Notes under the pieces: model-generated
Database searches by the model: none
What the model was told of the DNA's origin: nothing
Seen by the model: the letters and a program-made list of their open reading frames with translations, nothing else
Source: Nitrospinales bacterium
GTDB lineage: Bacteria; Nitrospinota; Nitrospinia; Nitrospinales; JAJDAT01
DNA length: 64,000 nt
Assembly (NCBI GenBank): GCA_038154245.1
Contig: JAYOZP010000008.1
Span: 1,831-65,830, forward strand
Direction of reading: 5' to 3'
Made by a program: the position numbers and the translations under genes
Part shown: one piece after another, positions 26,025 to 35,082 of the stretch
How positions within the stretch are numbered: position 1 is the stretch's first letter
Layout: every line of letters starts with the position of its first letter

Positions 26025-26218
26025 TCGATAAAAGTTTTCTTCCTTTCATTATTCTCGATTTCCCATTATATAGCCGTTGATTCTAATGACTTAACTAGCT
26101 CAGCTTTAAATTTTTCAAAGTTCGGTTAATTAAAGTCTTCCCTCGACGGAATATTCCATTTATTATTGGGCAACAAACTACAAGTCGATTATTTAAACTT
26201 TTAATTTGATTTCACTTA

Positions 26219-26479
26219 ATGAGTTTCATTGAAGAAAGTAATTTAAGTTATCTCGCTCAAGTCGAGCAGTTTTTTCTTTCATTAAAGGATTCTGGGCTTT
26301 CGCTTTCCGCCGCCGATTATCATTTAATTTCTGATTGGGAAGACCGAGGAATACCTATTGAAACCCTTTGCCGGGCCATTGAAAAAGGAACTCTTCAGTA
26401 CTATAAATCGTCTCGGTTTGGAAGAATATCGCTGTCTTATCTAAAAGATTTTATCGAGGAGGAAATAAGTTCTCGATGA
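26219..26479 (+). CDS. Small protein, possibly DnaD/DnaB_2-like helicase-loading accessory
   Basis: The LSLSAADYHLISDWEDRGIPIETLCRAIEKG pattern resembles DnaD-type repeats. It is translationally coupled (ATGA overlap) to the DnaC-like gene. Confidence 0.35.
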   Translation: MSFIEESNLSYLAQVEQFFLSLKDSGLSLSAADYHLISDWEDRGIPIETLCRAIEKGTLQYYKSSRFGRISLSYLKDFIEEEISSR

Positions 26480-27327
26480 CTATAAAAGAAAATAACCACG
26501 TTGAAAGCCAACCGTATTTATTAAAAAACGTTCGCGGCGTTGTTAAAGGTAAATTGGCCAAAAGCGACGCCTGTGACTTATGCGGAGGAGAAGGTCGCGT
26601 ATATCGAACCGACGATAAAGGAAGATCGTTTGTCAACATTTGCGAATGCATTAAAAATCAAAAGCGACTAGAAATCTTAAACGCGGCGGGCATTCCCGGT
26701 AAATTTTTGGACGCAACTTTTTCTACTTTCGAAACGGGCAATCGAAAAAACGCTTCCGTATTCGCGAAAGCCGTAGCTGAAGATTTTGTCAAAGATTTTG
26801 GAAAAACCAATAAAGGATTACTGTTTTATGGAAACCCCGGTTTAGGAAAAACTCACCTCGCAATATCTATCGTTAAGGAACTAATCTTACGAAAAGGTAT
26901 CGATTGTAAATTCGTGGATTTTTTCCAATTGTTGTCCGACGTTCGTCATGGATATTCCGAAGAACGTTCCGATAGAGAAATGATCGATCCTTATATTAAC
27001 GCTAAAGTTTTGGTCATTGACGAACTGGCTAAAGGTCGCAATACGGAATGGGAATTAAACGTCCTTGATCAATTTATCTCATGTCGTTATAACGACGCTA
27101 ATAAAGTCACTATCTTCACAACTAATTTTCGTCCTCCCGCCAAAAACGAAAATAGAAAATCAGGGTCCAAAGTGGACACTTCTGTACGAAGTTATAAGGA
27201 TATGTTGACAGAAGAAACTTTGAGCGACAGAGTAGGACCAAGAATTTACTCCCGCTTGTTAGAAATGTGCGATCTTGTAGAACTTGAGGGAGAAGATCAC
27301 CGGGGACAAAACGCCGTTATTTACTAA
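26476..27327 (+). CDS. DnaC/IstB-like AAA+ ATPase with N-terminal zinc ribbon
   Basis: CDLCGGEG...CEC; Walker A GNPGLGKTHLA; Walker B VLVIDELAKG; TTNF sensor. Confidence 0.8.
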   Translation: MTIKENNHVESQPYLLKNVRGVVKGKLAKSDACDLCGGEGRVYRTDDKGRSFVNICECIKNQKRLEILNAAGIPGKFLDATFSTFETGNRKNASVFAKAVAEDFVKDFGKTNKGLLFYGNPGLGKTHLAISIVKELILRKGIDCKFVDFFQLLSDVRHGYSEERSDREMIDPYINAKVLVIDELAKGRNTEWELNVLDQFISCRYNDANKVTIFTTNFRPPAKNENRKSGSKVDTSVRSYKDMLTEETLSDRVGPRIYSRLLEMCDLVELEGEDHRGQNAVIY

Positions 27328-27333
27328 ATAATA

Positions 27334-28452
27334 ATGAAACGGTTTCTATTTTTAATTTTTCTTTTAAAATCATTAAATTTTTCCTTTGCGTGGGCCGAAG
27401 GTTCAAATAATTTCACTCAAGAGGAGTGTAAATACAGACCTTTTGTCGTAAATCTCCAGGTAGAAAACGATATGTTTGGCGGTTCTGACCGCCACTATAC
27501 TCACGGTCAACGTTTGGCATTCGTTTCCGATACAGAAGGCCCCTGTGTTCGAGAAAATACCGCCAAAATAGAAGGTTTATTTCTCTCTGCCGGAACTTGG
27601 ATTGAACAAAAAGTAGAACCCTTCATCAAAAATGTCAACCCAGCTTTTGAGGGTTTCAATACAAAAATCTCCATTTCCGCAGGTTTGAACATTTTCACTC
27701 CCGAAGACATCGCTGCGCAAAACTTAATTGAAGACGACCGCCCTTATGCTGGATGGCTTTATCTCGGGTTTGGCTTTATCAGCGACAGTAAAATAAAAAA
27801 CGTCAAATGGAATTTTCTCCGATCGTTATTCCCCCAAAAAGCCACCTTAGATAACTTTGAAGTTAATATCGGCATTGTTGGACCCTGGTCATTTGCCGAT
27901 GAAACACAAACCGAATGGCATGGTCTATTTGGATTACAGAAACCAAATGGTTGGAACCGGCAGCTAAAAAACGAGCCGGGACAGGTCCTCAGTTATGAAC
28001 GAAAATGGCGATTGATTCCAAAATCAAATTCCATATTAGAATACGACGTTACCCCCAACCTTGGAGCGTCTTTAGGCAATGTTTATACCAATTTGGTCAC
28101 GGGAGCCACTCTCCGAATTGGAAAAAATTTATTAACCGATTATGGTCCGCCTCGTATTCGGCCTGGTTTACAAGGCTCCGACTTTTTCCAAGCTCCCAAA
28201 GGTTTTAGTTGGTACTTATTCGCGGGAGCCGAAGGGAGAGTGGTTGGGAGAAACATTTTTCTCGACGGAAATACATTTGCAGACAGCCATGACGTGGAAA
28301 AAGAAAATTTAGTTGGCGACTTACAAACTGGAATTGTTTTTTCCTATAATAACCTTAGGTTTGGTTACACCAACATATTCAGAACCAAAGAGTTTGAAAA
28401 ACAAAGGGAGGAAGACGACTTCGGTTCATTTAATTTATCTTACCGTTTCTAA
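27334..28452 (+). CDS. lpxR: Lipid A deacylase LpxR-family outer-membrane protein
   Basis: Signal peptide; ENDMFGGSDRHYTHGQRLAF and DRPYAGWLYLGF motifs; C-terminal LSYRF. Confidence 0.7.
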   Translation: MKRFLFLIFLLKSLNFSFAWAEGSNNFTQEECKYRPFVVNLQVENDMFGGSDRHYTHGQRLAFVSDTEGPCVRENTAKIEGLFLSAGTWIEQKVEPFIKNVNPAFEGFNTKISISAGLNIFTPEDIAAQNLIEDDRPYAGWLYLGFGFISDSKIKNVKWNFLRSLFPQKATLDNFEVNIGIVGPWSFADETQTEWHGLFGLQKPNGWNRQLKNEPGQVLSYERKWRLIPKSNSILEYDVTPNLGASLGNVYTNLVTGATLRIGKNLLTDYGPPRIRPGLQGSDFFQAPKGFSWYLFAGAEGRVVGRNIFLDGNTFADSHDVEKENLVGDLQTGIVFSYNNLRFGYTNIFRTKEFEKQREEDDFGSFNLSYRF

Positions 28453-28525
28453 TCTACAGTTTTTGGAAATAATATGAACCCTCGGTAAAAGCTTTGCTCG
28501 CGCTCTTTCTGCAAAATAAAATATT

Positions 28526-29698
28526 TTGACTATTCAATCTTCAAATAAAAACCGCCCTGCAAGGCCGAAAAATGGGTTTGGTAACGTAATTATCTTTTTG
28601 GGGTCTATTATTTTTGCAATAATCCTGGTTGAATTTTTTCTGGGATTTTTAAAGACGGACCAAAGAAACCCAATTCCAGAAACTCCTTCATTCTTCCAGT
28701 TCTACCAGGCAAATTCACATTTTTTATTAAAAGGAAGTATTTTATACGTCGCTCAGGCTAAAAAAGAATTTCGAAATTTTGGATACAAATTTAAAACAAA
28801 TAGTTGGGGATTTAGAGAAAAAGAATTTACTGAAAAAAAAAAGAAAGACGTATTTAGAATTCTAGTTTTTGGAGATAGTTTTACTTTTGGTTTTGGGATC
28901 GATAACGATCATAGATACACAAATGTCCTAGAAGAAATTCTTAAAATTGAGGATATAAATTCTGAAGTATTAAACTTTGGAATGGGAGGATACTCAACAG
29001 ATCAGGAACATGATCTAATAAAGTTAGTTTTGAAAAATGTTGAGTGCGATTTAGTCATTATCGGGTTTTGCTGCGACGATTTGAATAAAACCACAAAAAA
29101 ATCCCTATTAAATTTTACCGATATTGGTAAATTCGATAAAGACGTTAAAGAAAATGAATTAATCCAAAATAAAAAATTTGAATTTAATGAATTCAGAAAC
29201 CTTGGAACGATTCCGCATAACGAGCCAAAAGAATTTTTTAAAACTAGGAAATGGTATCAAAAAACAAACTTGTACAGATTTTTCGAGGTCAGAACCAATA
29301 TTAATATTGAGGGGAAAATACCAAATCAAGCTCGTTGGAACAGCGCTCTCAATGAATTTAGAGGAATAAAGCGCCTAACCCAAAAACACAATCTTCCACC
29401 TCCAATTGCCCTTCTTCTTAACTATGGACTTGTCGACCCTAGAAAAAACGACTTTAACAAACCCAAAGGAGAACTTGCCCAAAATATCAACCTCTATAAG
29501 TTTGTGGGAAAAGAGCTAAAAAAAGAAGGTTTTCAAATAGTAGACACGCTTCCCCTTTTCAAAAAATATAGCGGAATGGCAATGGCAACTTCCGAATGGG
29601 AACATCATCCAAACTATTTGGGGCACTATATTTATGCAAAATCCCTTAAGGACTACTTACTAACTAACAATTTAATCCCCAACCATTTCAAAAATTAA
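28526..29698 (+). CDS. Membrane-anchored SGNH/GDSL hydrolase
   Basis: N-terminal TM segment; block I FRILVFGDSFTFG; block II FGMGGYSTDQE. TTG start. Confidence 0.7.
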   Translation: MTIQSSNKNRPARPKNGFGNVIIFLGSIIFAIILVEFFLGFLKTDQRNPIPETPSFFQFYQANSHFLLKGSILYVAQAKKEFRNFGYKFKTNSWGFREKEFTEKKKKDVFRILVFGDSFTFGFGIDNDHRYTNVLEEILKIEDINSEVLNFGMGGYSTDQEHDLIKLVLKNVECDLVIIGFCCDDLNKTTKKSLLNFTDIGKFDKDVKENELIQNKKFEFNEFRNLGTIPHNEPKEFFKTRKWYQKTNLYRFFEVRTNINIEGKIPNQARWNSALNEFRGIKRLTQKHNLPPPIALLLNYGLVDPRKNDFNKPKGELAQNINLYKFVGKELKKEGFQIVDTLPLFKKYSGMAMATSEWEHHPNYLGHYIYAKSLKDYLLTNNLIPNHFKN

Positions 29699-29712
29699 CT
29701 AAATTTATTTAC

Positions 29713-30792
29713 GTGTATTTAAAAAAAATAGTTCTAATCCCAATTTTATTATTGTTGACGCTCTTTTTCGATGTCGTCATAGCTTTTAGCTTAACGCAAC
29801 AAACAAAAAAAGACTCAATGGCTTTTACAAACACTCACAGCGATAATCGTATGCTGATAGTCATATCCGCTCCAACAGCGGATAACGATTATTATGCAGA
29901 TGTATACGACGATATAATTGCATTTGATATTGCTTACGCAAAAGCTGTCATGGGAAAAGATAACATTATAGTTTTGGGGGATAAAAAGGCATTAAATAAA
30001 CTTAGGAAAGAACTACCGGAAGACATTCTATTACACGCTTCAATGCGCGACATTTGGATGCGCGACTTCACTACCATCCATCCTTACACACCCATTCAGT
30101 TTCGTTATTCTGCCGCTGCGCAATCGGGAAGTCAGAAAAACGCCGACTGGGTTCAAGATGGATTCAACATTTTTGCTGAAAAACAAGGAGCCGATTTTCC
30201 ATACACAGATCTCATTTTAGATGGCGGAAACGTGGTGGATAATCATAAAGGAAAGGTCGTAGTAAGCGATCGCTTTTTAAAAGATAACAATTTAAACAAA
30301 GAACAAGCCAGACAAAAACTGAAAAAAACGCTTCATGCGACCCAAATCGCTATCATTCCAACAGACGACCCTGAGGGCCTAGCGCACGCGGATGGTATGT
30401 TAATGTTTATCGACGATAACACTCTTGTAGTAAATCGTTATGAAGAACCCTATCGAACAGAAATCATTCAAGAACTAAAAATGTCTTTCCCTTCTATAAA
30501 CATAGTGGAAATCAACGTAGAATGGGACGATTCCGTCTGGGATAAAAAATTTAGTTCCGCTTGCGGCATTTATGTCAATTCTCTTATGACTGAGCAAAAT
30601 ATTTATATGCCCACCTTTGGAAACCCGTTGGACCAAGAAGTCCACAGTCAAATAAACCGCCACACGTCTAAAAAAATCATTACTATACCGGCAGACAGAG
30701 TTTGCTTTATGGGAGGTAGCGTGAGGTGTTTGGGATGGCAACTTCATGGCAATATCGCTAAAGCTTTGATTGAATCGGCCCGTAATCGATAA
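29713..30792 (+). CDS. Secreted agmatine deiminase / Porphyromonas-type peptidylarginine deiminase family protein
   Basis: Signal anchor; IWMRDFTT, LDGGNVVDNHKGKVVVSD, AHADGMLMF and catalytic GGSVRCL motifs. Confidence 0.75.
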   Translation: MYLKKIVLIPILLLLTLFFDVVIAFSLTQQTKKDSMAFTNTHSDNRMLIVISAPTADNDYYADVYDDIIAFDIAYAKAVMGKDNIIVLGDKKALNKLRKELPEDILLHASMRDIWMRDFTTIHPYTPIQFRYSAAAQSGSQKNADWVQDGFNIFAEKQGADFPYTDLILDGGNVVDNHKGKVVVSDRFLKDNNLNKEQARQKLKKTLHATQIAIIPTDDPEGLAHADGMLMFIDDNTLVVNRYEEPYRTEIIQELKMSFPSINIVEINVEWDDSVWDKKFSSACGIYVNSLMTEQNIYMPTFGNPLDQEVHSQINRHTSKKIITIPADRVCFMGGSVRCLGWQLHGNIAKALIESARNR

Positions 30793-30872
30793 AACTTAAA
30801 CCATCCAACTCAACACAAAAACCGAATACTAAAAGTTCATATCTCAATACGTCTAATGGAGACAACATTTAG

Positions 30873-32840
30873 ATGGTCCGGTTCATAAAAATATTCTTTC
30901 GCGGGTTATTAATTCTTTTTGGAATTGTGTTATTAGGAGAAATTTTCCTTAGAATATTTTTACCACAACCACACTTTGATAATCGAACAACAGTCGCTTT
31001 CGGTCTACCTACTGCTTTTCAAAAAAACTTAAATATCGACGTAAATTTTGATAATTTTCCCTTCAAAATAATTACCGATTCGCACCGGCTCCGGTCTTTC
31101 CAAAAAGTCGAATATCAAAAACCCTCCGACGTTTTCCGCATACTATGCATAGGAGGCTCTATTTTCGCGGCTTCTGGAGTCAACAATGACGAGACTTTTG
31201 CATTCTATTTAAACAAGGTATTGCACGACCTTATTCCTGAACAAAAATTTGAAGTTATCAATGCAGCTAAAACTCTTTGGGAATTACCAGAATTTTATAC
31301 CTACTTAAAAAACGAAGGTTATAAATATAATCCCGATTTAGTCGTTATTTATGAGCATCGCGGCGAATTTTCCGCCTTGGAGTTAAAAAAGTACGAAGCA
31401 GAAGGATTAAAAGTCGAAAAAACTTCTGGAAATTCCGTCCGGATTTTTATTAAAAATTTTCATTTTAACTTTTATATTAATCAAGGCGCAGCTTCTGTTC
31501 TTAATTTCACCCATAACCTGCCTTTTTATAAAGAGCTATTTAAGTTTTTACATTCATTAAGATGGTTTGAAAAATTCTGGCGTGAACAATTAAATGAAAC
31601 CGAACCTGATATTCCAAAAAGCTCTAAAAGAACCAATATTCCCAAAGCTCTTTCGGGTTTGGGCCTTTCAGAAAAAAGTAAAACAGATTGGGCTTCGCCA
31701 AACGGAGAAATAAAGAGCTCTTTACTTAGAAATATAAAATGGGACGTTTATAGCCTAGCTCTTGATCAATTCATGAGCCTGACCGAAGATTTAAACTCCA
31801 AAACGCTATTTTTAAGGGTTGCTGCAAGAGAAGAAATTTTAAAACTAAACGAAAGAAGCGAAGGCGCTAACTTAACTTCTATTAAGGAAAGGAAAAATAG
31901 CTCCTGGTTAAATTTCTTTGAACCAATGACCCAATTTCAAAACGCCCAAGCTATCCCTCTAAACTTTCCCAATCATATACATTGGACGCCTGCCGGTCAT
32001 CGTTTAGCGGCGTTTCTAGCGTTTAATGCTTTAGTTGAAAAGAAATTAATCCCGATAAAAGGCAATACCGGAAAAATTAAAATTGATTTAACGGATTCCA
32101 AATGGATTGATCAAATTGCCTCTTCTAATTCAAGAATTCAATCCGTTTTGGATAGTATGGGTTATTCTCTTTTCTTCAAAGGAGTTTTTCAAAAAAACAA
32201 TAACCAACCTACAGAAGCTAAAAGAACTTTTCAAAATTATTTGGAAAAGTTTCCAAAGAACTTCGAAGCCAGATTACAATTAGCGCTCATTTTATTGGAA
32301 GAAAGAAACGCCGCCGGCGCTTTAAATTACTTAACGCCGATTTTAGATTTTAATAAAAGTCCAGGTTCTAGTTTTTCTTATTTGCTCGGGAAAACATATT
32401 TTAAATTGAAAAATTGGGATCAAGCCCTAACTCATTTTTTAAATTACAAAAAACAAAATCCCGAAGACCCTAATATCCATCACTTCTTAGGTTTAATCCA
32501 TTCCCAGAAGAAAAATTATTCTAAAGCCCAAGATTATTATTTGAAATCTATCGAACTTAAACCGGATTACACCCCATACATAAACCGGTTGGGAAGTTTT
32601 TATTTCGATTTAGGACAACTTGAATCCGCTCAAACTCAATTTCAACATTCTTTAGAATTAAATCCGAATCAATCCAAAATTTGGCTTCTCTCGGGATTAG
32701 CTTATATACGATTAAATAAATTGCGGGAATCGCTACAAAGTATGGAAAATGTTTTACGGCTAGACCCGAAAAACTCTATGGCAAAAGACATTTCGAATAA
32801 ACTAAAAACAGCGCTTAATAAAATACCCGACAAGTCGTAA
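30873..32840 (+). CDS. Membrane-anchored SGNH-like domain protein (GGS instead of GDS) with C-terminal TPR repeats
   Basis: TM N-terminus; FRILCIGGSIFAASG; HWTPAGHRLAA; TPR units in the last roughly 220 aa. Confidence 0.6.
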   Translation: MVRFIKIFFRGLLILFGIVLLGEIFLRIFLPQPHFDNRTTVAFGLPTAFQKNLNIDVNFDNFPFKIITDSHRLRSFQKVEYQKPSDVFRILCIGGSIFAASGVNNDETFAFYLNKVLHDLIPEQKFEVINAAKTLWELPEFYTYLKNEGYKYNPDLVVIYEHRGEFSALELKKYEAEGLKVEKTSGNSVRIFIKNFHFNFYINQGAASVLNFTHNLPFYKELFKFLHSLRWFEKFWREQLNETEPDIPKSSKRTNIPKALSGLGLSEKSKTDWASPNGEIKSSLLRNIKWDVYSLALDQFMSLTEDLNSKTLFLRVAAREEILKLNERSEGANLTSIKERKNSSWLNFFEPMTQFQNAQAIPLNFPNHIHWTPAGHRLAAFLAFNALVEKKLIPIKGNTGKIKIDLTDSKWIDQIASSNSRIQSVLDSMGYSLFFKGVFQKNNNQPTEAKRTFQNYLEKFPKNFEARLQLALILLEERNAAGALNYLTPILDFNKSPGSSFSYLLGKTYFKLKNWDQALTHFLNYKKQNPEDPNIHHFLGLIHSQKKNYSKAQDYYLKSIELKPDYTPYINRLGSFYFDLGQLESAQTQFQHSLELNPNQSKIWLLSGLAYIRLNKLRESLQSMENVLRLDPKNSMAKDISNKLKTALNKIPDKS

Positions 32841-32867
32841 TAATCATGAAGAAACCTATTCAAAAAA

Positions 32868-33488
32868 TTACGAGTTTTCAAGGTTAAAAATCTCTTCATC
32901 ACAGTCGATAATTTTGATTTTCGCGTTTTCTTGCTCCTGAAGGATATGAGATTTTTTCACCTTTAGGTTCTCTTTCTCCTGCATTAAGTCGCGTTCCTTT
33001 TGTTCGAATCCTATCTCATCTTGCCGTTTCAAGCGCTTGATTTTTTCTATATTTTCATGAAACTGTTGAGTTAAGGTTTCTATTTGATTTTCGAAACTCT
33101 TAAAGCTATTTACCCTCTCAGATTGAATGTCGTTTATTTTTTTATCTATTCCAAGGTCTCTTTTATTCAAAACATCCAAAGTCTCTTGTAGCGTTTCCAA
33201 TTTTCGGTTTATATTTTCTGATTTTATTTTTAATCTGTTTATTTCAAAAGTAGATGACTGAATCGAAATAATTTTAGGTTTAAAGGTATTTTTTGCAGTT
33301 GAAGAAGGCTTTTCATTTTCTACCTGAAGTGGGTTGCGGTCCTCTAAATATTTTTCGATGGCTATTCTCACCAAGGAAGATATGCTAGGTTTTCCTGTCA
33401 AAACATCTGAAAGTTCAACCAGCTCTTCCCATAACGAAGAATCAATCATTAAATTACGACGTGTACTATTCGATGTTTTAGGCGGCAT
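32868..33488 (-). CDS. Ribbon-helix-helix (CopG-like) N-terminal domain protein with long coiled coil
   Basis: NLMIDSSLWEELVELSDVLTGKPSISSLVRIAIEKYLE, followed by heptad-rich sequence. Confidence 0.55.
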   Translation of the reverse strand: MPPKTSNSTRRNLMIDSSLWEELVELSDVLTGKPSISSLVRIAIEKYLEDRNPLQVENEKPSSTAKNTFKPKIISIQSSTFEINRLKIKSENINRKLETLQETLDVLNKRDLGIDKKINDIQSERVNSFKSFENQIETLTQQFHENIEKIKRLKRQDEIGFEQKERDLMQEKENLKVKKSHILQEQENAKIKIIDCDEEIFNLENS

Positions 33489-33519
33489 TTGCTTTTTCCT
33501 CTAAAAACTTAAAATAAAT

Positions 33520-33801
33520 TCACGATTTGTCATTTAATAAATAAATTTTTATCACTTGCTTTATCCTATTTATAAACGCAGTATTAACTTTTTTTTCTTC
33601 TTCTTTTTTTTCTCGAGATTTTAAAACCTCTAAAACATCCGACCTGCTAACCCTTTCATGATTCTTTTTTTCCGCATTTTGCTCGGAATCTAAACAGAGT
33701 TTGTTTTCAAAATCTTCTACTACTTTTTTGACCTTTTTTTTTGCCGCACGTGAGTACTTCAATCTCCCTTTATCACGGGAACCATACTTAGGGCGTTTCA
33801 T
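33520..33801 (-). CDS. Small basic hypothetical protein
   Basis: GGAGG lies 5 nt upstream of the ATG at 33799-33801 (internal Met27 of the track ORF). The protein is K/R/E-rich. Confidence 0.4.
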   Translation of the reverse strand: MKRPKYGSRDKGRLKYSRAAKKKVKKVVEDFENKLCLDSEQNAEKKNHERVSRSDVLEVLKSREKKEEEKKVNTAFINRIKQVIKIYLLNDKS

Positions 33802-34287
33802 TTTTACCTCCCAAAAATGAAAAAGCGGTTCACCTGAAGACATGGGCATAATAATATCTTGGTATACCCCCATATACACATTATTACATCAATATACACA
33901 TATAAATACAACCTAATTTGGATGACAAACACTATACACTAATTTTCAGGTTATGTTCAAGAAAAATTTATACATATTTCTACACATTATTACTTACTAA
34001 TTAAATCTATATTTTTCAATTGGTTATATTTTTTCCCCCTACATAAACTTATATATCGGGAAATAAAAATTAAGGATTCTTTAATAAATTCTTGATTTCG
34101 AGAATTAGGCCACTTTTAGATTAAATGGGCCACACTCCCTACATACGCTGGTCGGAATGTTTTTATTTCAACTTGGGGAAATTTGAATCGGCTGAAGCTG
34201 AATTCCAACTTTTTCTAATAAGGAAGGACGCCACTTCGGCAAGCTTTGAGCTTAATAAAGAGAATTTAAAAACAAGAGTTGGAAAAA

Positions 34288-34815
34288 TTAAGAGGAAGCT
34301 CGTTCGATGGATTTTTTTATAAGCTCGGCGGCATGTTCTGCATCTTCCCACCCTCCCAGTTCGACCCATTTCCCTGATTCTAAATCTTTATAGTGACCAA
34401 AAAAATGAGAAATCTGGTTTAGTAAAGTTTTGGGTAAATCTGAATATTGCTTTACTTCAGCATAATAAGGATTTAGAGCGTCTACCGGAACAGCTAAAAT
34501 TTTTTCATCCGCTCCTTTTTCATCTGTCATTGTTATAGCCCCAACAGGTCGGGAACGAACGATGGAGCCAGACAAAAACTCTACAGGGGATGCCACTAAA
34601 ATATCAATGGGGTCGCCGTCTTCAGAAAGGGTATGGGGTATAAACCCGTAGTTGCAGGGATAACGCATCGATGTGTGCATAACCCGGTCCACATACAAAG
34701 CGCCGGATTTCTTATCCATTTCATATTTTACCGGTTCCCTGCCAAATGGAACTTCAATAATTACATTAATATCCCAGGGAGGCGCTTTACCGATCGGTAT
34801 TTCATCAATAATCAT
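34288..34815 (-). CDS. ppa: Inorganic pyrophosphatase (family I)
   Basis: NYGFIP, GDPIDILV and the DEKI..V motifs; 175 aa. Confidence 0.95.
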   Translation of the reverse strand: MIIDEIPIGKAPPWDINVIIEVPFGREPVKYEMDKKSGALYVDRVMHTSMRYPCNYGFIPHTLSEDGDPIDILVASPVEFLSGSIVRSRPVGAITMTDEKGADEKILAVPVDALNPYYAEVKQYSDLPKTLLNQISHFFGHYKDLESGKWVELGGWEDAEHAAELIKKSIERASS

Positions 34816-34926
34816 GTCAGAGAATTTTTTTAGAAAATGAGGGTTTCAAGACTTATTTTTAACCCGGAATTGAGTAAAAAATTGACTTGCTGAGGTGAAT
34901 CTTTTTATTCGCGCGTATCTCTATTT

Positions 34927-35013
34927 TGGTGCCGAAGAGAGGATTTGAACCTCCACGTCCTTGCGGACACATGAACCTGAATCATGCGCGTCTACCAATT
35001 CCGCCACTTCGGC
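34927..35013 (-). tRNA. tRNA-Leu (anticodon CAG), encoded CCA
   Basis: The minus strand GCCGAAG...CTTCGGCACCA forms a cloverleaf. The anticodon arm is CATGA-TTCAGGT-TCATG. It has a long variable arm and the T-loop GGTTCAAATCC. Confidence 0.9.
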
Positions 35014-35082
35014 AAAAAAAATCGGTTTTGATCGCACTAAAAATAACAGGAAAAACCATAAAATAAAAATAATTTTAATCGA

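Noticed and set aside
33880-34130. AT-rich repeat region as a replication origin or integration (att) site next to tRNA-Leu
   Set aside because: There are no DnaA boxes, no integrase or recombinase gene, and no duplicate of the tRNA 3-prime end. ppa lies between it and the tRNA. It is more simply the promoter/operator of the RHH operon.
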